Source: an uncultured Gemmatimonadales bacterium (GTDB lineage Bacteria; Actinomycetota; Acidimicrobiia; Spongiisociales; UBA5794). From it: a DNA stretch of 64,000 nucleotides. Under the pieces are notes generated by a model. It was not told the DNA's origin. It made no database searches and saw only the letters and a program-made list of their open reading frames with translations. Numbering within the stretch: position 1 is the stretch's first letter; each line of letters begins with the position of its first letter. Below, piece after piece: positions 40,788 through 50,010 of the stretch. The position numbers were made by a program, and so were the translations under genes. The DNA is taken from NCBI GenBank assembly GCA_964195945.1, contig CAXMRC010000201.1, forward strand, positions 12,652 to 76,651, in the 5' to 3' direction.

Positions 40788-41948
40788 ATGCAAATCGGCA
40801 TTCTCTCTGAAAAAGCCCCCGGCGAGCATCGTGTGGCCGCAACACCACAGACAGCCGCTACATATATCGAGTGGGGATGGCAAGTAGACGTTGAAGCAGG
40901 AGCCGGCACAAGCGCGGGTTTCCCCGATCGTCTCTATAGCGAAACTGGAGCAAATATCGTGGATGGGCCGATCGCCCGATCCGCTGACATCGTGTTGTGT
41001 GTCGACGCTCCAGAACAACTCAACGAACTCAAGCCTGGTTCAGTGCTTGTTGGGTTTCTCGATCCATTCGTTGACACGGAACTGATTCTGTCATTAGCCG
41101 AGCGCGGCGTTACTGCACTCGCAGTGGAAGCGATCCCTCGCACCACGCTCGCCCAAAGTATGGATGCGCTGTCGTCGCAGGCCAACATCGGTGGCTACGC
41201 CGCAGCCTTGTTGGCTGCCACATCTTCGCCGAAGCTGCTTCCGATGATGGTGACCGCGGCGGGAACGATTCCGCCGTCGCGAGCCCTCATTCTCGGCGTC
41301 GGAGTCGCTGGTCTGCAGGCGATCGCTACCGCACGTCGCCTCGGCGCCGTCGTATATGCCTACGACATCCGGCCGGAGACCGCGGAACAGGTTGAAAGCC
41401 TTGGAGCGAAATTCGTTGCTGCGCCCACCGAGGAGATGGACGAGGGCGGCTATGCGAAAGAGGTCGGGCAAGACACCCAGGCAGCGCAACACGCTGCACT
41501 GGCTCCACATGTCGCAGAGTCTGATCTCGTGATCACGACAGCACAGATTCCAGGTCGCCCAGCGCCGCTGCTAGTCACCGATGAGATGATCGCCCAGATG
41601 ACGCCCGGCTCGGTCATCGTCGACATGGCAGCTGGCTCCGGGGGTAACGTTTCGGCGTCGCAGCCTGACACGATGGTTGATGTCGGTGGCGTTCACATCT
41701 ATGGGCCGACCAATCTTCCGGCCCAAATCCCTCATGACTCGAGCCGCATGTATGCGCGCAACCTGGTTGCGCTGCTGGAGCGGACCCGGGCCGAGGATGG
41801 CTTCCAGATCGATCTCGAAGACGAGATCATTGGCGGAACAACCATCACCCATTCAGGTGAGGTTGTCCACCCCAGAAGCCGCCAGGTACTCGGCCTTGCC
41901 GACCTGGTTGCCGAACCGGTGGACGTCCCAGAAGGAGAAACAGAATGA
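40788..41948 (+). CDS. pntAA: NAD(P) transhydrogenase subunit alpha part 1
   Basis: MQIGILSEKAPGEHRVAATP... Alanine-dehydrogenase-like NAD-binding domain GVGVAGLQA. The ORF opens at 40632. Confidence 0.9.
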   Translation: MQIGILSEKAPGEHRVAATPQTAATYIEWGWQVDVEAGAGTSAGFPDRLYSETGANIVDGPIARSADIVLCVDAPEQLNELKPGSVLVGFLDPFVDTELILSLAERGVTALAVEAIPRTTLAQSMDALSSQANIGGYAAALLAATSSPKLLPMMVTAAGTIPPSRALILGVGVAGLQAIATARRLGAVVYAYDIRPETAEQVESLGAKFVAAPTEEMDEGGYAKEVGQDTQAAQHAALAPHVAESDLVITTAQIPGRPAPLLVTDEMIAQMTPGSVIVDMAAGSGGNVSASQPDTMVDVGGVHIYGPTNLPAQIPHDSSRMYARNLVALLERTRAEDGFQIDLEDEIIGGTTITHSGEVVHPRSRQVLGLADLVAEPVDVPEGETE

Positions 41949-42238
41949 GTGCCGTGTTCATCAGCGGCATCGTGGTGTTCGTGCTTGCCGGATTCGTCGG
42001 CCTTGAAGTCATATCCAAGGTACCGCCCACCCTGCACACGCCATTGATGTCAGGTGCCAACGCAATCTCCGGCATCACAATCGTTGGTGCCGTGATCGCG
42101 GCCGGAACCGGATTGGGTACGTTTGCGGCCATTCTCGGCTTCCTGGCGGTCACCGCTGCGATGATCAATGTTGTCGGCGGCTTCCTTGTAACGGACCGCA
42201 TGCTTGAGATGTTCAAGAAGAAGCCGGGGAGGGGTTAA
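41945..42238 (+). CDS. pntAB: NAD(P) transhydrogenase subunit alpha part 2 (membrane)
   Basis: 97 aa, three TM helices. ATGA overlap with pntAA. Confidence 0.9.
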   Translation: MSAVFISGIVVFVLAGFVGLEVISKVPPTLHTPLMSGANAISGITIVGAVIAAGTGLGTFAAILGFLAVTAAMINVVGGFLVTDRMLEMFKKKPGRG

Positions 42239-43596
42239 TGACTGAGCTCCTATACCTCGGCGCAGCTGTTCTGTTCATCCTCGGGCTCAAGCAACTCTCT
42301 TCCCCACGTACTGCGCGACGCGGCAACATGCTTGCTTCGGTCGGCATGCTGATCGCAATCGTCGTCACCCTGGCCAATATGGAAGACGTCGGGTGGGGAC
42401 CGGTCATCGCTGGATTGCTGGTAGGCGGTGGCGTCGGTGCTGCGCTTGCCTTGCGGGTCAAGATGACTTCGATGCCTGAATTGGTCGCGGCATTCAACGG
42501 GTTCGGTGGCGTGGCATCGGCTCTCGTTGCCCTCGCCGAGATCGAACGAACCGGCTCGGTTTTCGAGACGGAAACGGGTGTGGTGGTTGCCCTGTCACTT
42601 GCCATCGGCTCAATAACGTTCTCGGGCAGCTTTGTGGCGTTCGGAAAGCTCAACGGATCGCTACCGGGAAAGCCGGTCCTGTTGCCGGCAGGGCAACCAA
42701 TCAATGCGGTGCTAGCACTAGCGACCATCGGAGTTGCCGCGTGGGCCATTGCCGCCGACGAAGCCCTAGGTTTTTGGATCGTCGTTGCGCTAACCCTCGT
42801 CCTCGGTGTTCTCGCTGTCATTCCAATTGGCGGTGCAGACATGCCGGTCGTCATCTCGTTGCTGAACTCATTTTCTGGGGTTGCCGCAGCCATGGCCGGG
42901 TTCGTCATAAGCAACTCGGCCCTGATTATCGGTGGCGCCCTGGTTGGAGCTGCCGGCCTGATCCTTACCCTGCAGATGGGTGAGGCCATGAACCGGACCA
43001 TCGCCAACGTGTTGTTCTCCGGCTTTGGAGCTACCCCCTCCGGCCCCGTCTCGATGAGCGACAAACCGGTCAAGAACGCAACTCCCGATGACGTCGCCAT
43101 TGCGCTGGCATATGCGGAGAATGTCATCGTCGTTCCTGGGTACGGCCTTGCCGTCGCCCAGGCCCAGCATGCGGTGAAGGACCTGGCAAACATTCTCGAA
43201 GGGAGGGGGGTCAACGTCGAGTACGCCATCCACCCGGTGGCAGGGCGTATGCCGGGACACATGAATGTGCTGCTGGCTGAGGCCGACGTGCCGTACGACC
43301 TGTTGCTCGATCTCGATCAGTCGAACCCGAAGTTCGGCCAGACCGATGTTGTTCTTATCATCGGAGCAAACGACGTGGTCAACCCGTCGGCCCGCGACGA
43401 CGAGACCAGCCCGATATATGGCATGCCGATCCTCCAGGTAGATCTTGCAACGACCGTTGTTGTTGTGAAGCGGAGCCTCTCCCCCGGTTTCGCCGGCATC
43501 GACAATCCGCTGTTCTATATGGATAGCACCATGATGCTGTTCTCGGACGGCAAGGCCGCTGTCGAGGCGGTTATCTCGGCGATCGCCAACGTCTAG
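42238..43596 (+). CDS. pntB: NAD(P) transhydrogenase subunit beta
   Basis: N-terminal TM domain and C-terminal NADP(H)-binding domain (VVPGYGLAVAQAQH...GANDVVNP). Confidence 0.9.
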   Translation: MTELLYLGAAVLFILGLKQLSSPRTARRGNMLASVGMLIAIVVTLANMEDVGWGPVIAGLLVGGGVGAALALRVKMTSMPELVAAFNGFGGVASALVALAEIERTGSVFETETGVVVALSLAIGSITFSGSFVAFGKLNGSLPGKPVLLPAGQPINAVLALATIGVAAWAIAADEALGFWIVVALTLVLGVLAVIPIGGADMPVVISLLNSFSGVAAAMAGFVISNSALIIGGALVGAAGLILTLQMGEAMNRTIANVLFSGFGATPSGPVSMSDKPVKNATPDDVAIALAYAENVIVVPGYGLAVAQAQHAVKDLANILEGRGVNVEYAIHPVAGRMPGHMNVLLAEADVPYDLLLDLDQSNPKFGQTDVVLIIGANDVVNPSARDDETSPIYGMPILQVDLATTVVVVKRSLSPGFAGIDNPLFYMDSTMMLFSDGKAAVEAVISAIANV

Positions 43597-43600
43597 CGAA

Positions 43601-44686
43601 TTAGACCAGATCGACCACAACACGGCCGGCGCGCATCACGAGCGCCGGCCGGAGTAACTCGGTCGGATCAACAACGGGATCTTTGCGAAACAAGACGAGA
43701 TCTGCAGGCCTGCCCGGTTCGAATCCTGCGTCGACGTCGAGATAGTCGTACGCGGCTTCTGTCACCGCGTGCACCGCCTGTGCGGGGCTGAGACCGTAGT
43801 CGATCAGCCTTAATGCCTCCCGCGCAACCTGGCCATGGCGAACCGCAACGTCTGTCCCGGCGAGAACAGCAACCCCGGCATCCACCGCCTCCGCCAATAG
43901 ATCAGATACGTTCCGCAACCCGTCGTGGAGCATCCGACCGCCCGACGACGATTCACCTAGCCATTGGGCGATGCCTTCCATCGCTACCAATGTCGGGACC
44001 CAGGCCCCGCCTCGTGCACCCAGGGCTGCAATGTCGACACGACTGAGAAACAGGCCGTGTTCTATCGAGTCGACACCGCTCCTCACGGCGATACCGGGTG
44101 TTTTGGGAGCTGCCGTGTGAATCGCCACCCGGCACCCTGCTTCATGAGAGAGAGCGACTATCTGGCTCAATGCGTCTTCGGCGAAGTTCGGCATCGCTCC
44201 GATCCCTTTACGAGGCCAATCGCCAACGATCTTGACCCACGTTGCTCCCCCACCCACCGCCTCACTGATCGTCTCCGCAAGATTGCTGCCATCGATTTCG
44301 GCGGCAAATCCCGGGTAGTACCCGCCGGGGACAGCGATCATTCGCCCCGCCATCTGCATCCGGGGTCGCCCGGATTCGTTTTCGTCGAGGAACTGCAACG
44401 AGAGCGATGACTTTGCTCCCTTCTCGGCGAGAAGCAGGACGCCCCCTTCGAGCTGAAGCACCGCGTTGCGCCGCATCTTGGCCTGCAGATCTACTCCGTC
44501 GTAGTCGATCATGTCAGTCACGTCGTCACCGGACAGATGGGCATGGCAATCCGCAAGTCCGCCGGTAGCAATCAGATCCCGCAGATCTCGAACTTCGCCA
44601 TTGCCGGAGCTCGCGTCGACAAACTTGCCACCGACAACGCCCAGCCGATATTCGGCGCCTGCCAGGTCCCGCAGTTGAACGATCAT
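43601..44686 (-). CDS. Amidohydrolase-family metallo-dependent hydrolase
   Basis: DCHAHL metal-binding His pair and TIM-barrel hydrolase layout. The ORF opens at 44731. Confidence 0.7.
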   Translation of the reverse strand: MIVQLRDLAGAEYRLGVVGGKFVDASSGNGEVRDLRDLIATGGLADCHAHLSGDDVTDMIDYDGVDLQAKMRRNAVLQLEGGVLLLAEKGAKSSLSLQFLDENESGRPRMQMAGRMIAVPGGYYPGFAAEIDGSNLAETISEAVGGGATWVKIVGDWPRKGIGAMPNFAEDALSQIVALSHEAGCRVAIHTAAPKTPGIAVRSGVDSIEHGLFLSRVDIAALGARGGAWVPTLVAMEGIAQWLGESSSGGRMLHDGLRNVSDLLAEAVDAGVAVLAGTDVAVRHGQVAREALRLIDYGLSPAQAVHAVTEAAYDYLDVDAGFEPGRPADLVLFRKDPVVDPTELLRPALVMRAGRVVVDLV

Positions 44687-44776
44687 CGGAGAGACGCTAA
44701 CCGAACGCGCCACGGGTTTTCGATGAGCCAACTGGGGTTAGCATCCGGAGATCCCTACCACCGTGTTGGTGTTGCC

Positions 44777-45667
44777 ATGCTCGAAATCAGAAATCTCCGT
44801 AAGAGATACGGCGACGTCGTTGCCCTTGACGGCTGCTCATTCTCGGTACAGCGCGGTCAGCTTCTCGGATTCCTCGGACCAAACGGATCGGGCAAGACCA
44901 CAACCATGAGGTCTGTGTTCTCCCTCATAAGGCCAGACGATGGCGACGTTCGTTGGGACGGGACCACCATTGCGCCGGAGAGCCGCCTTCGATTCGGTTA
45001 CATGCCGGAACAACGTGGGCTATATCCACGGATGAAACTTGCCTCGCAGCTCTCGTACTTCGGTCGGTTGCACGGGATGGACAAGACTGCCGCAACGCAG
45101 ACAGCCCGCAGGTGGTTGGATCAGCTCGACCTTGGAGACCGCGCTGACAGCAGGCTCGAAGAACTTTCACACGGCAATCAACAGAGAGTGCAGCTTGCGG
45201 CCGCATTGATTCACGACCCGGATCTACTGATTCTTGATGAACCGTTCTCCGGCCTGGATCCGATCGGTGTTGAGGCAATGATGGCGATCCTTGTCGAACG
45301 TGCCCAGCAGGGAGCGGCAGTGGTGTTCTCCAGCCACCAACTGGACCTGGTCGAAGACTTGTGTGAAGACGTAGTGATTATCGCGGCAGGGAAGGTCGTA
45401 CTGGATGGTGCCATCCGCGAGCTGCGCTCGAGGTCTCCGCACCGGTATCTCGACATCGAGTTGGCGACCTCTCGCACCGACCTCCATACCGCCTTTGCAG
45501 AGTTCGCAGTGATCGAGTCTGCCTCAGGCAGACTACGTCTCAGAGTTGATGACAACACCGAATTGGAACCACTGATTCATAGAGCGGCACAACTGGGACA
45601 TGTGCGCCACTTCAGCTACGCCCCGCCCAACCTCTCCGAAGTGTTCCGTGAGGTGGTTGGGCAATGA
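44777..45667 (+). CDS. ABC transporter ATP-binding protein (ABC-2/DrrA-like)
   Basis: Walker A GPNGSGKTT, signature LSHGNQQR, Walker B LLILDEPFSGLD. The ORF opens at 44537. Confidence 0.85.
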   Translation: MLEIRNLRKRYGDVVALDGCSFSVQRGQLLGFLGPNGSGKTTTMRSVFSLIRPDDGDVRWDGTTIAPESRLRFGYMPEQRGLYPRMKLASQLSYFGRLHGMDKTAATQTARRWLDQLDLGDRADSRLEELSHGNQQRVQLAAALIHDPDLLILDEPFSGLDPIGVEAMMAILVERAQQGAAVVFSSHQLDLVEDLCEDVVIIAAGKVVLDGAIRELRSRSPHRYLDIELATSRTDLHTAFAEFAVIESASGRLRLRVDDNTELEPLIHRAAQLGHVRHFSYAPPNLSEVFREVVGQ

Positions 45668-46839
45668 GTACATGGGCATCGATCCTTCTGGTTGCAACAC
45701 GAGACTTCAAGGAACGTGCCGCCAGCCGCGCCTTCCAACTCTCAACGGGGATCACTGTGCTGTTCGTTGTCGGCTGGATTCTGGTCCCAACCTTCCTAGC
45801 CAACGACGACTTGAAAGCATGGTCGATAGGTGTTGTTGGAGATCAGCCCACCGGACTGGTTACCGCCGTGGATGCAGCATCCGGTGGCACCGCGCAATCA
45901 GACACAATCGAATTTGAATCTCGTGCGAGCGCCGAACTTGCCCTGACTTCCGGCGACATCGATATCGCCATCGATACTGAGGGAACGGTTCTCGTTGACA
46001 ACGGGACCGATGATCAGCTCACTTCCGCTGTCGTTACTGCCCTGGCCTCCATCGAGATTGCCACCAGAGCTGAGGAGCTCGGTATCGAAGTAACCGAACT
46101 GGCAGATCTATTCACTGGCGGATACAAAGTCGAATCTGTCTCCGTTGCGGACGAATCCGGTGAAGAGGATCGGATTTTCGCATTTTTCGCCACGGTGGTT
46201 CTGTTCATGTCGATCGTGACCTACGGTTCCTGGATTCTTATAGGAGTTATCGAGGAGAAGACCAACCGGGTGGTCGAAGTGGTGCTTGGTACCGTGCGCT
46301 CCCATCAACTTCTGGCAGGGAAAGTGCTCGGTATCGGGGTGCTCGGAATCGCTCAGGTGATTCTGATCGGTGTCGTGGCCATCACAGTCATGTCGGTGCA
46401 GGACGCTTTCGAGATCCCGGCGGCCGCAGGCACAGTGCTTGCCTGGGCCCTTGTGTGGTACATCCTCGGATTCGCCTTCTATGCCGTTGCCTACGCCGCG
46501 GCAGGGTCGCTCGTGTCCCGCCAGGAGGAAGCCCAAAATGCCGCTTTCCCCCTAACAATGATGCTGATGGCCGCTTACTTCATCGCTTCGTTCTCCATCG
46601 GAGGCGAAAACACGATCCTTCGAGTCTCGTCACTGCTCCCGATGTTTGCCCCCATGACGATGCCCATCCGAATCGCCGGTGGCGACGCCGCGGGCTGGGA
46701 AATCGCGGTCTCGCTTGGGCTCATGGTGATCGCAACATACGGTCTGATCAGATTCGCCGGCCGGGTTTACGCTGGCGGGATTCTTCAGTCTGGTGGCAGG
46801 GTCAAGTGGAGAGAGGCTTTCCGAACTTCTGACGCATAG
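45664..46839 (+). CDS. ABC-2 family transporter permease
   Basis: Six TM helices. ATGA overlap with the ATPase gene. Confidence 0.75.
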   Translation: MSTWASILLVATRDFKERAASRAFQLSTGITVLFVVGWILVPTFLANDDLKAWSIGVVGDQPTGLVTAVDAASGGTAQSDTIEFESRASAELALTSGDIDIAIDTEGTVLVDNGTDDQLTSAVVTALASIEIATRAEELGIEVTELADLFTGGYKVESVSVADESGEEDRIFAFFATVVLFMSIVTYGSWILIGVIEEKTNRVVEVVLGTVRSHQLLAGKVLGIGVLGIAQVILIGVVAITVMSVQDAFEIPAAAGTVLAWALVWYILGFAFYAVAYAAAGSLVSRQEEAQNAAFPLTMMLMAAYFIASFSIGGENTILRVSSLLPMFAPMTMPIRIAGGDAAGWEIAVSLGLMVIATYGLIRFAGRVYAGGILQSGGRVKWREAFRTSDA

Positions 46840-46911
46840 GCTCTGCCAGACACATCCGCCGCTATGACGGCCTCCCTAGAAGTAACATCTGGATGCAACC
46901 ACAGAGGATCA

Positions 46912-48063
46912 ATGAAGCTTTCAATAACGAGCCGTGGACCATATGCTCCATCCGTCGAGTTTGTCGAGCGCAAGGGCACCGGTCACCCCGACACTATTTG
47001 TGACCATCTCGCCGAGGAGCTCGCCAGGGAACTGGCCAGCGAGTACCTCGCGCACACTGGTGCGGTCCAACACTTCAATGTAGACAAAGCCATCCTCGCG
47101 GCAGGCTCCGTCAACGTGGGCTTTGGCGGAGGCGAGCACACGCGACCGAGCCGACTTGTCCTTGTCGGCAAGGCAGACTCGCTACAGGCCTGGCGACCAG
47201 ATCCAGAATCTCTGGCCACCTCGTACAAGAAAAAACTGCTCGACCTTCTGCCTGCAGCAACCCCGGAAGCGTTCACTGTTGAGCTGTGGCTGAATCAATC
47301 GTCTGCCGACCTCGCCTCGGTGGTAACAGCTCGTCAGGATGACATCCCACTTGCCAATGACACGTCGTTCGCTGCGGTCTCGCTACCGCGGTCGCCCTTA
47401 GAGCGCACCGTCTATGACGCAGAGACCTACCTCAATAGTGAGGAATGCCAGGGTCGGCTCCCCATCGGTCGCGACATCAAGATCATGGGAGCCCGAGTCG
47501 ATGGTGCCATCCACATCACGGTGGCTTGCCCGGTGCTGGCGGGATCCGTCCACAACCGATCCGAGTACGACGATGTGGTTGCTGAGATCCGATCAACCGT
47601 CGCCAACATTGCGGAGTCAATACTCGGCGCAGGCGTCGTCGTCAAAGTGAACCAGGCCGACCAAGAAGACAGCCCTTACCTCACTCTGACGGGCACCTCC
47701 GCCGAAGCGGGTGACGATGGCCAGGTGGGACGGGGCAATCGGTTCGGCGGGTTGATCACACCCTATCGGCCTATGAGCCTCGAGGCTGCTGCCGGCAAAA
47801 ACCCGGCTTCCCACGTCGGTAAAACGTATCACGCTGTCGCCGCCGACATTGCGGCCCGGCTCGAAGCCGAAACGGGGATAACCGAATCCACCATCCGTAT
47901 GTTGAGTTCAATTGGCAGATCGGTTGCCGACCCGGAAACGGTTCACATCGAGGCCGCTGGCGATGCCAATGAGGCCCAGATCCAGGCCATCGTTGCAGAA
48001 TGTCTCGCCGATTGGCGTGGAGTTCGTGATCGCCTCATCGACGGTTTCTACGAGCTCTACTAG
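46912..48063 (+). CDS. S-adenosylmethionine synthetase, archaeal type (MAT; Pfam AdoMet_Synthase PF01941-like)
   Basis: [20 protein letters not shown] and [42 protein letters not shown] are near-identical to archaeal MAT signature blocks. The ORF opens at 46864. Confidence 0.8.
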   Translation: [383 protein letters not shown]

Positions 48064-48078
48064 TTCAACGGACCACGG

Positions 48079-48975
48079 CTAGCCCGCTGGTCCTATGGCG
48101 CTCTTTGGGCTTCGTGGCCCATAGCGAGGAGCGTGGATGCCAGATAGTTTTATCAGGATGAGCGCTCGCCTCCGTAACGGGCGAAACGGCTCCAACAGCT
48201 CGGTCATGCGCCCATCCGTAGCTCTTGGCACCCCGGCCAGCGCCCAACCCACCGTATTGGGGAGATGGAAATCGCCGATCGGTACTGCATCGCGATCGCC
48301 CCATGTTGAACCCATGACCTGCGCAGAGGTCCAGGGGCCGATACCGCGCACCGCAGCCAACCGTCGCATTGCATCCTCGCGGTTCATGCCAATTATCTGC
48401 TCCAGCCGGGCGGCTCTCCTGGCAATTTCGATCACGATCTGAGCGCGACCCCGCTCGATCCCAAAGAGGTGGAGATCGGAATAGGACATGCTCGCCAGCG
48501 TCTCGGGAAGAGGCGGCAGCTGCAGCCCGAGGTCTCCAGGAGCCGGCTCGCCAGTCGCCGCCAGCAAACGTCGATAGCTCTCTTTGGCTTCTTCTGTGGT
48601 CACTCGTTGCCCGATGACGGCAGGCAGCGCTGCGTCAAATACCCGACCGGAGCTGCCGAGCCGCAGACCCAGGTGGCGCAGATGCAGATCCCGAAGAAAA
48701 CCGCTGCCTGGCGAGAACTCGTTCGGGTCATCGTTGAGCCCAAGCGTTTGCGGGATACCTTCCATTGCTAGCTCTGCGCCCTGACCAGCAACGGTCGCCA
48801 CCACTGATGACCCTTCAACGCGTACGGTCACGACTGCAGGGCCCGCAGTGGTGTGCAGCGCGTAAGAGGACTCGAGCTCACCCAATCGCGACACCCCTGG
48901 CCCTCTCGGAAGAGCAAACCGAAGCGTGCGTCGTAGATCTATCGGTTGCGTCAACCGCCAACTGTTCTCGATCAT
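48079..48975 (-). CDS. HhH-GPD superfamily DNA glycosylase (AlkA-like 3-methyladenine glycosylase II)
   Basis: GIGPWTSAQVM...D..P.GD helix-hairpin-helix Gly/Pro-rich loop with catalytic Asp. The ORF opens at 49077. Confidence 0.7.
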   Translation of the reverse strand: MIENSWRLTQPIDLRRTLRFALPRGPGVSRLGELESSYALHTTAGPAVVTVRVEGSSVVATVAGQGAELAMEGIPQTLGLNDDPNEFSPGSGFLRDLHLRHLGLRLGSSGRVFDAALPAVIGQRVTTEEAKESYRRLLAATGEPAPGDLGLQLPPLPETLASMSYSDLHLFGIERGRAQIVIEIARRAARLEQIIGMNREDAMRRLAAVRGIGPWTSAQVMGSTWGDRDAVPIGDFHLPNTVGWALAGVPRATDGRMTELLEPFRPLRRRALILIKLSGIHAPRYGPRSPKSAIGPAG

Positions 48976-49120
48976 GACGCACACGGTAGGACCTGGCTCC
49001 ACGAATCGGGTGACGGCTGGGTTGCGGGATTCTGGCGGGGGGCTGCTAGTTTCGCTGCAGTCGCCGGGTCGGCGCACCGATATAGCTGCGTTGAGTGTTT
49101 GACAATGAACGGGGTAGACC

Positions 49121-49936
49121 GTGGACGAAAATCAGCAAGACCAGCCTCTTTCTAGCGAAGAGCTGCTACGCAGGGCGCGTGAAGGTCTGGGCGAGGGCGA
49201 GACTGTCCCTGAGCCGCCGGACGACTTCAAAGTCGGGTCATATCCGCCACCTCCACCTGACCCGGAGCCTGAAATACCTTCCGCTATTAGCGAGACACCA
49301 CCGGTGCCTTCAAACGACCCGCCGGTCATCGAGACCCCGCCAGCCTCCGACCCTTCATCGTGGGCTCCCCCACCTGTTGCAGCCACACCCGACCCCGTGT
49401 GGAGCGCAGGCGCCCCGCCGGCAACGGGCCCGGTCCCGGCACCTGCGAAGAGCGGGGGCGGCTTGAGGAGCAAGCTCTGGATCCTCGTTGTCATTGCCGT
49501 TGCTGGTTTTGCACTGTTCAGCTTCCTTGATACCTCCAAAACTGTCGATGAGATCGCAGTCGGCGATTGTTTCGACCTACCGGAAGAGGATGTCTTCTTC
49601 GAGGTCGATCCGATCGATTGCACTGAGGGCCACGACGTCGAGGTCTTCTCCCTTATCGACCTGAGCCTGATCTCTCCCGAATTCTCTGCGGTCGCTTCAT
49701 ACCCCGGCGATACCGCCGTATACGATGCTGCTTATCAGGCCTGCTGGGATGAGTTCGAATTCTTTGTCGGCGTGCCCTACGAGGAATCGGTCCTCTTCAT
49801 GGATGCGTTCACACCTACCTTTGAAGGATGGGACGAGGTTGGCGACCGTATCGTCAATTGTGTCGTCTTCGAAGTGAACGCCGACGCCTCCGACATCATC
49901 AAGAGCTCTGCCACTCTCAGAAACGCAGACAGGTAG
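49121..49936 (+). CDS. Pro-rich single-pass membrane protein with C-terminal Cys-containing domain (septum-formation/DUF4190-like)
   Basis: GTG start. Pro-rich N-terminus, one TM helix, C-terminal domain with conserved Cys (GDCF...DCTEGHD...CW). The family name is tentative. Confidence 0.5.
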   Translation: MDENQQDQPLSSEELLRRAREGLGEGETVPEPPDDFKVGSYPPPPPDPEPEIPSAISETPPVPSNDPPVIETPPASDPSSWAPPPVAATPDPVWSAGAPPATGPVPAPAKSGGGLRSKLWILVVIAVAGFALFSFLDTSKTVDEIAVGDCFDLPEEDVFFEVDPIDCTEGHDVEVFSLIDLSLISPEFSAVASYPGDTAVYDAAYQACWDEFEFFVGVPYEESVLFMDAFTPTFEGWDEVGDRIVNCVVFEVNADASDIIKSSATLRNADR

Positions 49937-49960
49937 CCGAAAGCCACCTCGTTCGTTCAG

Positions 49961-49995
49961 AAAGGCCCGCCACATTGGCGGGCCTTTCTGTTGTT
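49961..49995 (+). terminator. Rho-independent terminator after the septum-formation-like gene
   Basis: Perfect 11-bp stem AAAGGCCCGCC, loop ACATT, stem GGCGGGCCTTT. A T-rich tract CTGTTGTT follows. Confidence 0.55.
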
Positions 49996-50010
49996 AGCCT
50001 GACTTCCCAC

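Noticed and set aside
42213-43262. 349-aa minus-strand ORF antisense to pntB, plus similar long antisense ORFs at 18289..19059, 30741..31829, 32005..32589, 57474..58262 and 5018..5572
   Set aside because: High-GC genomes produce long stop-free antisense frames. These ORFs are Ala/Pro/Arg-rich with no motifs, and each fully overlaps a well-supported gene on the other strand.
43716-43726. tRNA T-loop-like sequence GGTTCGAATCC
   Set aside because: It lies inside the amidohydrolase coding frame. The flanks (CCCGG / CCTGC) cannot form a T-stem, and there is no acceptor stem or CCA context. It is a coincidental match.
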